Shown here piece after piece: positions 12,468 to 25,166 of a stretch of 64,000 bases of DNA. Source of the DNA: Felis catus (taxonomy: Eukaryota); contig NC_058368.1 of assembly GCF_018350175.1 (NCBI RefSeq), forward strand, positions 179,244,001 to 179,308,000, read 5' to 3'. The position numbers and the translations under genes were made by a program. Each line of letters begins with the position of its first letter. Within the stretch, counting starts at the first letter, position 1. Under the pieces are notes generated by a model. The model did not search any database, was not told where the DNA came from, and saw only the letters and a list, made by a program, of their open reading frames with translations.

Positions 12468-13622
12468 CTGAAAACAGATTCAATTATAATCCAATTACGT
12501 AAAACTAACTTAAAGCCATCATATATAAGCACTTCTCACCTTGAACTGTTTCATTCCTACTTCACCTATTTGCTGCTTTCTACCTAACCAGCACATGTTA
12601 GATATGGAGTAACTTTGTAGCTAATCAGTCCTAAGAAAACCCAGAGGCTTTCAACCCATGGTACTCATGTGGTAATTGCTTCTATGCCCTGTTAAGGAAA
12701 AAAAAGGTGTTCATGGAATGTCAACATGTCAAGTAATCTCTGCTAGGGAAAACAAATACAAAAATAAAAACAAAACAAAACAAAACATTTTACAGCACTT
12801 CAGCTTTCCTAGTGAGAATTACTTGGTTTCATAATGATATGCTCTACTTATGACTCTGAAAATAAAATAGTGGACTAGGTAAAAAATGAAATACTAAATT
12901 AGACCTTTCAGAATGTAGTCATCTGAGAAATGTTCACAAGTGACTTCTCAAATGAATATAGTGCAGAGATAAAAGGAGGATTTAAGAGGGCTTTTGCTTC
13001 TGACAGGGAAGTTTAAAGATTAAAAAAAGCATTAGTTCAAACTCCTTAAATAAGCTGTTAAAAATAAGAGAAAATTAAATAAGAGAAAAATAAGCAAGTT
13101 ATTTTTACTTGCTGTACTTAAATACTGAGATCAAAGTTTAACCATATTACTGAGCACTTACTACATAAAACGGAAAACAGATTAATTCATTCTTTCAATA
13201 AATGTGTGCCAGACACTACAGATACAGCGGTGAACAAGACAAACAACATTCCTTCTCTCATGGAGCTTAAAATCTGATTTAATTAGCTGGATCAGTGAGT
13301 GATGGCAACTTTACAAAACAGTCAGGGAAGGTCTCTCAAGCTGAGGTAACATTAAACAGAAATGTAAAGGTTGAGGACTCAATCCAAGGGTTGGGACAGG
13401 GAATGAGCAATGCAGATGAAGGCAACAGCTCATGTAAAGCCTGTAAGGCAGGATTAGTATACCTAAGAACAAGGAAAAATAGTTAAAGATGAGGTCAAAA
13501 GTAGTTAAAGATGAGTAAAGTAGTTGCCATGGGTCAGATCACATACAAATCTGCAAACCCCGGTAAGGAGTTGAGATTTTGTTGTAAATATAATCGGAAG
13601 TCATAGGTGGGCGTGTGTGCGT

Positions 13623-13830
13623 GTTTAATGTTTATTTTTGAGAGAGAGTGCACACAGGAGCAGGGGCAGAGATAGAGGGAGAGAGAGAATCCCAAACAGG
13701 CTCCATGACACACTGTCAGTGCAGAGCCCAACGCAGGACTTGATCACTTGATCCCACAAACCATGAGATTATGACCTGAGCCGAAATCAAGAGTCAGATG
13801 CTCAACCAACTGAGCCACCCAGGTGCCCCC
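13623..13830 (-). mobile_element. Can-SINE
   Basis: Reverse-complement head TGAGCCACCCAGGTGCCCC; AG-rich body. Confidence 0.9.
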
Positions 13831-14574
13831 ATAGGAGTGATTTTAGCAGGCCTGTAACATGATCTTTTGTTTCTCTTTCAATGGCCACTTGGCTGCTGTG
13901 TGAAGAATGAACGGTATGAAAGGCAATGAGGGAAGCAGGCAACCTGGTTAAAAGGCTACTGTAGTCTAGGGGACAGATGATGGTGGTCTGGATCAGAATG
14001 GCAGTAACATAGATGGATGGTCAAGTTCTTAGATCTTCCTAATGGATTAAACATGAGAAAGAAAGGACACAAAGATATTGAATAAAACCCCTAGAAATTT
14101 GGCTTAAATTATTTACGTTTACTAAGTAAGCTAAATTGCAAGAGAATGTTTTGTTAGCAGGCAGAGAATCAATGATTCTGTTTGTTATATTTGAGATGTC
14201 TATTAGTAGGCAATGGAATATACAAATCTAGACTTTAAGGGTAAAGTAAGGACCTGGTATAGTGTCACAGGACATTTAGGTATTATCTAAAGCTATGAAA
14301 CAAGTGAGGTCACCAAGGAAGACTGCAGACAAAATAAACTCTAAAATCCAGTATGTGCTAAAGAGAACAATAACTTTTCAAATTCAGAACACACAGGGTC
14401 AGAAAGAATATTAGGAATTCGTTTACTTCAGTTCCTTTTATTAGAGATGGGGGTGAGTAGGAACTAGAACTAAAATCTTCAAAAAGGAATCAAACTAATA
14501 TTAATAATTTCTAGACAATACAAATCTTCAATAGCTAAGCACACCCTTATAAACAGAAGAGTCCAGGGTCCTAC

Positions 14575-14733
14575 CTCAGTCATGGTCATCATTTCATTAC
14601 GACATTTATCCAACTGATTCTGCAACTCATTTTGGCTCTCTACTAGTTGTAAACCATATTGTGCAGCTTTTAGTCGCTCTTCTTCAACCTCTTTGAGCTT
14701 GCATCGAAGATCTGCAATTATATCTGCCTCCAT
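14575..14733 (-). CDS. SPDL1: SPDL1 first coding exon (exon 2), MEADIIADLR...EMMTMTE, 53 codons
   Basis: ATG at 14733; donor GAG|GTAG at 14575/14574; contains AAQYG CC1 box; upstream acceptor TTTACAGTAG at ~14761-14770. Confidence 0.96.
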
Positions 14734-15557
14734 GATTTTTTTTTTTTTTTTGCTTCTGGTCTACTGTAAACAGAGGAAATGTAAGTATTTAAGCTTAAAC
14801 AAAATACTCCATACAGTAACAATAATAAAAAAAAATAGATATATCTTTTCCCCTAATACTACTGACATACAGAAAAACATAGCATCAAAGATATTATTCC
14901 TGACTTTTAAATGGTCAAATTTGCTTGTTCTAAAAGAAAGGTCTGTTAATTCCATTACCTGATTTGAGACCAAATCACAGAGGAAAACAAAAACAAAACC
15001 TGAACACACTTGTTTCTAAGAAATGCAGGGAACTGTTCAGTTGTGTGCTAAGCTTCTTAAATACTAAGGTTGGATGGGTCTCATTCATCACTAGACAGGT
15101 AATCAAGTTAAGAGAACAATGAAAGAAATCAAGAAACTTTATAGTAACATGACTGCTAACTTAAAATGTAAGAAGGCAGCTTTGAATAAGGTTTGTAAGG
15201 CAAAGACTCTCAGGTCCACAATTTTTTGAAACAGTGTTAACTTCTTGAACACATTAAATATGCTTTATTGACAGCATGCTCCTAGTATTTTCCTAGTTAT
15301 TCATAAGAAGACATGCAAAACAGAATCATGTTCAGAGTAACTAAAGAACATTTCTCTCATTCTAGATTTCTAATCAATGACTGAAACATTGTATATAGAA
15401 ACATTCCACTGTAACTGGACCTTACTCATGATCCTTTCCAAATTGGTCCCAGTCTCTCAGGCCAGATTTAAACTCAGCTTTGCATTCAAAGAGCAACAGG
15501 CTATTAATAAGGTGTTTCCCCACTCTCCAGTCAATGTAGTCATTCATTCACCAAATA

Positions 15558-15773
15558 TTTTTTTTTTTTTAATGTTTTATTTTTGAGAGAGAGACAGAGA
15601 CAGAGTATGAGCAGGGGAGGGGCTCAGAGAGAGGGAGACACAGAATCCAAATCGGGCTCCAGGCTTTGAGCTGTCAGCACAGAGCCCAACACGGAGCTTG
15701 AACCCACAAACCGTGAGATCATGACCTGAGCCGAGGTTGAACGCTTAACCAACTGAGCCACTGAGGCGCCCCC
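15558..15773 (-). mobile_element. Can-SINE
   Basis: T-tail, GAGAGACAGAG body, TGAGCCACTGAGGCGCCCC end. Confidence 0.92.
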
Positions 15774-16576
15774 AACAATATTTCTTAAAGCCTATGTGCT
15801 GAGCTCCATTCTGGGCATTTCAGATCCATCAGCATCCAAATGGACCAAAAAGCACTCTTCTTTCATGAAACTTAACTTCCAGTGGGAGAAGATAAACAAA
15901 AGTAGTATAATAATTAAATGCATTAAAGTGGAAATAAAATTAAAAAAAAGAACAGGATAAGGGAACTTAGAAGAGGTAGGAGTATTGTTAGTAGGATGAA
16001 ATCTAAAATAAGCATTGGGGGAAAAGTCCTCAAGGGACTTAGGAGCAAAGCCTTGCAGAAGGTAAGAGAATTAGCCATGTACCTTTTTCCAGAAAGATAA
16101 AGGAATAGAGGTAGAAGGGTAGCATTAAAGTGGAAGGAAACCCAAAGAATGAACAAGAAAGAATTTAGATCAGAGGAGAGAATAGGCTAATTGGGCTATT
16201 GTGAGGACTTTGGCTTCTACTATGGGTGAAAGTGAGATTCATTACAAAGTCTGGAGTAGAGATCTGATACATTTAAAAGGATCATTTTGGCTGCTATGTT
16301 GAATAGTTTGGAGGGGAGCAAGTGACAGATCAAGTGAGATGATTGCTCACATGAGAGTGGTTATATAAGGAGTACGGAGAAATGGTCAAATTCTGCATGA
16401 AGCTTGGACATAAACCCAACATGATTTTTTAACAATTAAATGTGGGGTGTATAAAAAAGAGAAAAGTCAAAAATATCTCCAAGGCTGGCCTGAGCAACAA
16501 GTGGGGCAGATTTGCCATCAGTTGAAGCCACAAAAATTGTGAGCAAAAATTGTTTTAAAAAAAAAATCAGGGGCTT

Positions 16577-16672
16577 GAGGTGTCTGGGTGGTGCGTCATG
16601 ATCTCAGTTTGTGAGTTCGAGCCTTTCATCGGGCTCTGTGTGACAGAGCCTGCTTAGGAGTGTCTCTCTCTG

Positions 16673-16708
<36 letters not shown>

Positions 16709-16740
16709 TCCCTCTCTCAAAATAAATAAACTTAAAAAAA
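16577..16740 (+). mobile_element. Can-SINE with internal deletion
   Basis: Flanked by perfect TSD AAAAAATCAGGGGCTT (16561-16576; ends at 16753); head is short after GGGTGG. Confidence 0.88.
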
Positions 16741-17529
16741 AAATCAGGGGCTTATGTTTTGGACATCATATATGTCAAGTAACCAGTTGGCTATACTAGT
16801 AGAAGGATCTGGGCTGGTAATATAAACCTAGGAGTTATTAACATAAATCCTTGAGCCTTGGTATCTCCAGAGTACGAGCATAATTAAACAGAAGAGGACC
16901 AAGGTTTGAGGCATTAAGAGGTGGAAAGAAGAAGTAAAGTGTACTTAGGCATGACCAATGAGGTAGGAGGAAAACCAAGAGCATGTGTTATCCTGGAAGC
17001 CAACTGAAATGGGTTGGAGAGGATGGTGGGAAAATAGGAAAACAAGTAGTTTTGCTGCAAAGGAGACTACTAGATAAACAGGGCAGTAGCTGAAAGGGGA
17101 ATAGGTTTGTCTTTTAAAAACACAAACAAAAAAAAATTAAGAAAAAATAACAGCATGTGTATATGTCATGGGATAGATTCAGGAGAAAAGAAAAACTGAT
17201 ACTAGAGAGGTCATGGCAAACTGCTAGAGAGATGAAAAGACAACGAGGTCTAATGTACAGGGACTGATTTCAGAAAGGAGCATGAATATTTCATCTAAAG
17301 AAAGGGAAAGCAAAGTATATGGGTACAGACACTGATTAGGTAGATTAGTGGTGGGAGTCTGCATAAGTGCTCTTCTAACTGCTCCAATTTATCAGTGAAT
17401 CAGGAAGCAAGGTCATTAAGAATGAAGATGAAATGGGAGATATATGATTTTAGAAGACAGAGGGAAATAAAAGGTATCCTACGTTATCCAGGGCTGGCAG
17501 TTACTGCTCTAAAATAGAAGACCTTTCCA

Positions 17530-17752
17530 TGGGTGCCTGGATGGCTCGGTCGGTAGAGTGTCTGATTCTTGATTTCAGCTCAGATCATGATCTCATGCTT
17601 CATGGGTTCGAGCTCCACATTGGGCTTCACCAGCTCCATGTGCTGTCAGCTTGGGACCTGCTTGGGATTCTCAACCCCTCTATACCCTTCCCCTGCTCAC
17701 TTGCAGACACTCCCTCTCTCTCTCACACAAAATAAACAAACCTTAAAAATAA
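17530..17752 (+). mobile_element. Can-SINE
   Basis: TSD AAAATAGAAGACCTTTCCA (17511-17529) / AAAATATAAGACCTTTCCA (17751-17769). Confidence 0.9.
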
Positions 17753-18369
17753 AATATAAGACCTTTCCAAAGCCTGGTGATGGGGCTAGGCACTAATTAT
17801 TGCATTGTTAGTAATAATATATACTCCGTGAAGATCTACTATTTGCCAGACAGAGTGCTTCAAATGAATTATCTCATTTAACGGACATAAGTTAAATATT
17901 ATTATAATCGACATTTACCAAAAAAAAAAAAGGGGGGGGGGAACTAACCCCAAGACATCCTGGCCAACAATATCAAGGAAGCCAAAAAACTAGCTCTCAT
18001 TCATTCAAAGACTTGCTAGAATTCTTATTGTGTGTCAGATACTATGCTATTACTGAGGACACAATCATGACCCCAAAACTAGACAATACCCCTGCCTTCT
18101 TGAATGTAACAATCTGTTAGTGGAAAGGCATTAAATCAAATAAATGAACTGTAAAGATTTATAAGTGTGGTAAGTGCAAGAGGGAGAGATGTATCAGGCT
18201 GTAACATGGAGGTGCTGTCCTCAGTTGGGAAGTGGGGTGGGGACAGAGCAGGGTTAAGTATGGGCAAAAAAGATTTCGCTGAGGAAGTAACTTTCCAGCA
18301 AAGGTCTAACGGATGAATAAGAGTTAACCTATAAATCTGCAAAGAAGTAGCCAGGGTTGAATAACTACA

Positions 18370-18800
18370 GCTAACAGGTGCCAGACATCGTACTTGGTGC
18401 TTTGCATATGGTATCTAATTCTCTCAACAACTCCGTGAAGTATAAGGTATTTCCCCCATTCACACATGTGCAAACGGAGGCACAGAAAGGCTTAGTAACT
18501 TGGCCGGGGTAATCAGTATGTGGCTGAGATGGGAACGAGGGTCCAGCTCCGAAGCCTGGTGCTCCTAACCACATTTTAACCTCTCAGAAACATAACAAAG
18601 CATTCAGGAGGCAGGGAGCTCAGGGATTCAGGCTGCCTTAGCTCTTACTCCACTTCCACAACTCACTGGCAGCATGAACTTGGGCAGTTTAAGGTCTTCT
18701 TTGCTCATCCATAAAGTAAAGACAGTAATATCGACCTAACAGGGTTTTTGAGAATATTACACCAGCTAAGGGATGAAAAGCAATTAGAACCTGACACGCA
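18370..18800. mobile_element. Two MIR fragments in opposite orientation
   Basis: MIR core-like CCCATT...GAGGCACAGAAAGGCTTAGTAACTTG, followed by a reverse-type TTGGGCAG...CTCATCCATAAAGTAAAG. Confidence 0.6.
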
Positions 18801-18812
18801 GCTGTCTGCGGC

Positions 18813-19098
18813 TGCGCTGTCCAACGGAAATAGAATGCGAGCTACATCTGCGATTTTTAATTTTCTAGGAGCCAGGTTAAAAAAAGTAAATACGGTGAAA
18901 TTCATGTTAGTAATATTTTATTCAGCCCAATACATCCAAAAACACTATCATTTCAACATGTAATCTTTATAAAAATTATCAACGGGCCATTCCTCCTTTT
19001 GTGTAGTCTTCGAAATTCAGCCTGCATCTTCCATTTTACAGCACTTCTCAATTCAGACTGCCACTAGTGGCTAGCGGCTACCGTACTGGACCGAGCGG
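18813..19098. mobile_element. MER33-like hAT-Charlie MITE at the edge of the CpG island
   Basis: CTGCGCTGTCCAACGGAAATAGAATGCGAGC ... GTGGCTAGCGGCTACCGTACTGGAC matches the recalled MER33/MER3 termini. Confidence 0.75.
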
Positions 19099-19950
19099 AC
19101 CCGGTGTTTGTTATCACCCGGAGGCCCAGGCAAGCGACCCCGTCTTCCGTACAGAGCCAGAACACCCGGAGGTGGCCACCGGCCCAACGGAAGATTGAGA
19201 CCGGCTCGGAACCTGGTTGAGAAGAACTCCGGGTTCCGCTGAAGAAGTTGTTCCTGCTAAAGGCCTCCGCCTTGACCCGGACCCCAAGTTTCCCTAGGCC
19301 CTGCTTTCCCCCACTCCCCAGAAAGCACTCCCCTTTGCCGCTCCCACAGCTCCTCTCCACACGCACCTCCCTCCAGGACCCTTGCCCCTACCTCTCTCCT
19401 CACCCTTTTCCCCCGCTGCTGCAGCCAGCCGCTCGAGACAAGGGCTCACGGCGCCCAGGTTCGCGATGGCAACCCCACTTCACGACCAGAGTAGTCTACA
19501 CATTCATTCAGCTAGTTCTCAGGTAAGCGCCAGGGCTTTTTGAATGCTGTTCCCGCGAGAACCCACAGGTATCGCGAGATGTTCCCCCCAAGCCGCGCGT
19601 TAAGGAAACACTGGCAGGAACCTCCAATTGAGCTCCCCGCTCCGCCTACTGCGACTGCGCACACGCACGTGGCCAGACTGGGGCTTTGCGCAGGCGCAGA
19701 CGTAGTTCTTTAGCTGATCGGCTTTACTCAGAGTTGTTCTGCGTGTTTTCCGGCGTCCACTTTGAATTGCCATATTGTTTGTTTATTCACCATTACCTTC
19801 GGGAGAGACAGTGTCACTAAAAGGCGAGACAGTGGGAAAATCTGTGGTGTGCAGAAGCCTCCTGCTTCCTACCGCAGACTGGCCGGCTTGCGCTCCGAGG
19901 GCCATGCCCTCACATATCTCCCCAGGGTTCCAGGAGTCTGAATCAGTGTG
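19050..19950. promoter_or_regulatory. CpG island / SPDL1 promoter
   Basis: GC- and CpG-rich stretch in an otherwise AT-rich, CpG-poor window. Motifs: TTTGAA (19539-19544, 19761-19766), TTCCCGCG (19550-19557), TCGCGAGA (19572-19579), CCAAT (19624-19628), CACGTG (19666-19671), TGCGCAGGCGCA (19687-19698). Confidence 0.85.
19450..19560 (-). other. SPDL1: Putative non-coding exon 1 of SPDL1
   Basis: Candidate minus-strand donor GCC|GTGAGC at 19450/19449 inside the CpG island; 5' end unknown. Confidence 0.5.
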
Positions 19951-20819
19951 ACAGTGCCTAAACTCATCAAAGGACAGAAGCACAGTTACTGTTATAGAAC
20001 AGGATGACAGGTATCATTATAATGGCATTGACATTTTTCAGTACAGTGTTAAATTCTATGCGGATTATATCAGTTAAGTCCACAAACAGCCTTAGGAGGT
20101 AGGTAGTACCCTCTTTTTTTACTAAAGAAAACAGCCCCAAGAAGAAAGGTATATTGGTCAAATGGAAGAGCTAGAATTTGAACTAATGCAGTCTGCTGCT
20201 AGAGGCCAAGCTCTTGCGTATGTGTTTAAATAACGAATTTATGTTTTGTAAGCCTGATGTCTATTCATAATTCAAAAATTTAAGCAATCAGAACTAACAA
20301 TAGCCAGAATATACTGAGCAATTCTGAGTCCTAGTAATTGTTCTAAAGGTCATGTGCTTTGAGATCATCTTTCTTGCCTACTTGAGCCCTTGGCCATAGC
20401 TCCTCTCTTTTTCATCATCAGTGTTTTTCTTCCCTGGTGGATCTTAGCAGCAAATAAGCGTGCTGTAAGGACTTACATCTCAAAAAATAATTCTAATCTT
20501 CCTTGACTCCAGCCAGCTATTTGCTTCCCTTGATCACAAAATTCCTGGGGAAAAAAAATTGATATTGACTATCTTCATTATCTTTCCTTTTATTCTTACA
20601 TTTTTTTCCCACTTAAGGTTTGGGTCCCCACAAGTCCAGTAAAAATGGCTGTTCTCAATGTCACCAGTGAGTTCTGTCTTTCAAAATTTATTACTTAGTC
20701 CTCATTTCTCTTGTATTATGGCAGAGGTGATCAGTCTTATTGAGTCTGGCTTTAGGTCTTAGGGTGCTACACCCTCCTTGCTTTCCTCTTTTCAGTTTCT
20801 TTTGTGGACTTCTAGTTCT

Positions 20820-21438
20820 TTTTTAAAATTTATTTATTTAAATTCAAGTTAGTTAACATACAGTGTAGTCTTGGCTTCAGGAGTAGAGCTCAGTGATTCA
20901 TTCATCTCTTACATGTGACACCCAGTGTTCATTCCAAAAGGTGCCCTCCTTAATGCCCATCACCCATTTAACCCATACCCCCCACTCAACTCCCCTCCAG
21001 CAGCCCTCAGGTTGTTCTCTGTATTTACGAGTCTTTTATGGTTTGCCTCCCTCTCTGTTTTTGTTATTTTTCCTTCCCTTCCCCTATGTTATGTTATGTT
21101 TCTCAAATTCCACACATGAGTGAAATCATAAGCTATTTATCTTTCTCTGACTTACCTCGCTTAGCAGCATACCCTCTAGTTCCATTCATGTTGTTGCACT
21201 TGGCAAGATTTCATTGTTTTTGATTGCTGAATAGTATTCCATTATATATACATACATATATATGTATATATGTATGTATGTGTGCATATATATATGTATA
21301 CACACACACACACACACATCTTTATCCATCCATCATTTGATGGGCTTTTGGGCTCTATCTGTAATTTGGCTATTGTTGCTAATGCTGCTGTAAACATTGG
21401 GGTGCATGTGCCCCCTTTGAATCAGCATTTTTGTATCC
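20820..21438 (-). mobile_element. 5'-truncated carnivore L1 (3' end)
   Basis: T-rich tail and L1 3'UTR/ORF2 end; TSD TGTGGACTTCTAGTTCT (20803-20819) / TGTGGACCTCTAGTTCT (21439-21455). Confidence 0.9.
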
Positions 21439-24400
21439 TGTGGACCTCTAGTTCTAACTGAGTGAGGCCAGACAATGAAGGGTTGACATAGGTTTGAAGA
21501 CTGGCAACAACTGATACCTTCCAGTTGCCTAGCAGATGTACTTTGGGTCTGAATGAGCCAAGTGCTTGTTCATTTGTCATCACTCCCGTGTTCTTGAGCA
21601 AATGAAATTCCATTTTCCCTATCATTTAACAAAGATTTCTCAACCCAACTCCATAAGTAAGACAACATTCTAGCCTAGGTCAACCATGATCTGAACTTCA
21701 TTTTTTTTTTGTTACATGAGAAGGTAGACCTACATTTCACTAATGTTTATTCCAAATCTAGGTTTTAATATTTTAAACTATTAACTGAGTGGCCACAATG
21801 TGTTAAGCATAGTGGAAGGAATTCAGAGATGTGATAATCCCTATCTCTGTCTGAAAGATGTCTGAAACATAAATAACTACAGGGCTGTATATAAATGCCA
21901 TGTGAATAGTACATACCTTATACTAAAAGAGTTGTGTGAAGGGAGAGGTCAATTTTGTGTGGGTGCTCCTTTAATGTGTCACAGTGCAGGTGACGCTTGA
22001 GCAGGGCCATGAAGGATGGCTGAGCTAAGGGGAAGTGCATTCAAGGGAAGGGGACATTAGCAAAATCATAGAAGTTAGCTATTTCATAATTATGGTCATT
22101 CCTTAGGAACAGTCTGGATAAGTTGTTACCACTACCACCATTGGACACTAGATGTCACAATTGAAATAATTCTAGATGGTCCCTGCTTGTTTGGAAAACT
22201 TGATTAAGATTCATAGTTCCAGATACAGATGCACATACCCAGATGAGGTCCACAGACCATGCACTAAATGCCATGGGTCAGAAAAAAAAAAGCATATTAT
22301 CTGTCATTTTCAGTTTACATAATATGAGATGAGATTTTGCTTTCTCACACAGGTTTTGGATTCACCAAGCATAGGCAGGGAATTTAAATGATGGGAAAGA
22401 ACAACCCTCCTTCCCAATACAATTTTTAATATTATAGCTGTTCAAAACTAGAAGAGACTGCTATTGTGAACTGGCCATCATTCCTTCACTATGACTGTTC
22501 CAGTGGAAATAAGAGGATTGTTTACCAGAAATGGTGTCGAAAGAGTGTTGCATCGTACTGAAAGCTGTGTGTATTTTGACATGAACTAACTGAATGACTA
22601 AATTTGCTTTTGGTATTATAGGGGAATAGTCTTTGTCCTCAAGGAATTTAGAACTTAGTGAAAGAGGCATTTACCAAAATGAACTCTTACTGAGAGTATG
22701 GTTTAGACTTTCTTATTCATTTATATTATTAAGTAAAGTTCTCAGCTAGTTTGGAGCACTAGACAAACAAGAACAATACCAAGGCTGTATGACACAGAGT
22801 TTGCAAGTAGAAACTGGATAATTTACAAAGCTCCATAATTCATAGGATGGGCCAAGAAACGAAGTTTTGGAAGTTACATTCAAGGTTGTGGTGATTGAAA
22901 CCCAGAGAATGGCTGAGATCAAGAAAAAGTCTAAGAGAGAGAAGAGAGGGCTGTGTGTAGGACTTTGGGGATTGTCCTAATCCACAGAACAGGAGAAGAG
23001 TAAGATACTATAGCAACGACAACAAACAACAACAAAAGAACCATTTTAAAAGTGACCAGGAAATTTAACCGTCACAGTTACTGCGTTAATTAGATATCTA
23101 CATGAATGACTGTACCAGGCAGGTGGATTTGACTCTTTAATAGTAATAATGATAGTGGCAGTCTTCCTTGGCTCTGCTATGTGTATCCAGCTTCAATTTT
23201 TGATGAGCTCTATTGCTATACTCCTTTTCCTCCTAAAAAGATATAGTCCTCACTTGGAGCAAAGGTGCATCATCCTGCCATTATTGACATTTATTGGTTA
23301 ACTTCCCAGAACCAATTCCATACTCTTTTTCTTGTCTGAAGCATTCCAATCATTCTTTAATAATTCATCTTTCTCTCCATTTTCAACCATGTGGGTTGTT
23401 TAAAATTGATACTACCCTTCAGTTGTAAGGTAGCCCATCACTTTGGTTATAGTAATTTGTTCAAAGATGGGCATGCAACTGAATCCAAGTCAGTGAAACA
23501 GAATGGAATATCCACTGAGACTTCTGGAAAATGGATTTTGTTAACCCACTTTGTACCTAAACTTTGTAGCCCAGAGCTGCCAGCTGCTATCCTAGTTCTA
23601 TGAAGCTTAAGTCTGTTCGGAATAAACTCAGAAGCAGAGCTAATAATTAGAGAAGTTGAAAAAGAGTCCAGGTAATTTTGTTTGTGCCTTACATCAAGCT
23701 AGAGATATCTATGAACTATTTAGTCTTTGCTCAAGTGTCTTAATTTTTGTTTTCTGTTACTTGTAACATGAAGGGTTTTAACCAATACACTCAATAATAC
23801 TTAAGTCTGAGCTTGAGTGAACTAATTAACTTGTCATGTTCCCACTTTACATTTAGGATGCTATGAGGCCAAAACTGCAAGTTGCTAACATCCAGAGATA
23901 GGATCTAAGATGGCTTCTCTGAGAAAAATGCATTGGTTGAAGGAAGACTTATCCTAAATGAAGGGGCCTAGTGTATAGTGGAGTAAAATAAGGACCCCAA
24001 ATAGCTTGTATGTAATCCCCTTCTTGGCACCACTTCATGTTACCATTATGCCTCTGTTAAGCTAACTTCAGGTGATTTTAGCACCCAAGACAGTTAGAAT
24101 TAAGACTGAAGGGTCATATCAGCAATAGTTTTTACTTGCCCAGAATAGTTCCCAGTCTAGTTAAAGATATATATGTAAATTAAAAATACCAGTTTTAATT
24201 TTTGCACCTATTCACAAGACTGTAGTTGCTATTTATGATATCCTGTCTTTCAGTGCCATTACATATTTCTTTTATTTTCTGTCAGCATCCCAACTAGTTG
24301 AGGCTCTTTATCCAGTATAGTGACCCAAATCTGCACCGCAAAATAGAACATATTCACTAGTTATGATTTATATTAATTACTGTTCTCTTGGCCCTAATTT

Positions 24401-24483
24401 ATTTGGTCTGATTCAGAGTGAGACAGGACAAAACTTAGGGTCTTGTTCTTTCTCTGAGAGCTTGAAACTGTCACACTGCTTTT

Positions 24484-24486
<3 letters not shown>

Positions 24487-24520
<34 letters not shown>
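24487..24520. repeat. (TG)n microsatellite
   Basis: Direct reading. Confidence 0.95.
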
Positions 24521-24521
<1 letters not shown>

Positions 24522-24934
24522 ATGCGCACATGAATTTGGTGGAAAGAAGTGGAGATTGTCTTGATGTTGTAACAGTTTCATATATTTTATTCCTAGAAAA
24601 AAACAACTTGGGAGTGTACGCAGGAAAAGGAGAAATGGATGAGTCGGCATCCCCAAGTAAGCAGCTGAGTACACCTGTTCGATAATCCTTGCCCATGAAC
24701 TACCTCCTGCGTGTTGCCACTAGGTGACAGTCTTTACAAATATTTTATCTGAAAGAGCGTCTTTCTGCTACAAAAATTAGATTCTTTTAGGAGAGATGGT
24801 TACCTTGCTAGTTTCAGCTAGAAAATTAAGCAAACACATGTATTTGTTATGAAACTATATTCTTAAGTTATGTGAGGTCATAGTTATTCTTCATCTGGAA
24901 CACTCTTCTCCTCCTATTATTTAGTTTATTCTAT

Positions 24935-25111
24935 TCTACAGACTGAAATTTTTCCCCTAAAATTCATATGTTGAAGCCCCAACCTCCACTGTGACTGTAT
25001 TTGGAGATAGGCTTTCGGAGGTAATTGTAGTTGGATAATGTCATGAGCGTGGAACCCTAATGTGATAAGGTTAGTGTCCTTATAACAAGAGAAAGAGAAA
25101 GATCATGGAGA

Positions 25112-25166
<55 letters not shown>

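Larger units (their letters stand above)
2557..19560 (-). other. SPDL1: SPDL1 (Spindly/CCDC99) gene, 3'-incomplete in window; kinetochore dynein/dynactin adaptor
   Basis: Ten coding exons splice in frame and match the recalled human Spindly sequence (MEADII..., CC1 box AAQYG, Spindly motif GNSLFAEV). TSS position is inferred from the CpG island. Confidence 0.96.

Noticed and set aside
13480..13525. Short direct repeat TAGTTAAAGATGAG x2 (similar pairs near 48987-49037 and 49933-49976)
   Set aside because: Two-copy local duplications; no array or spacer structure.
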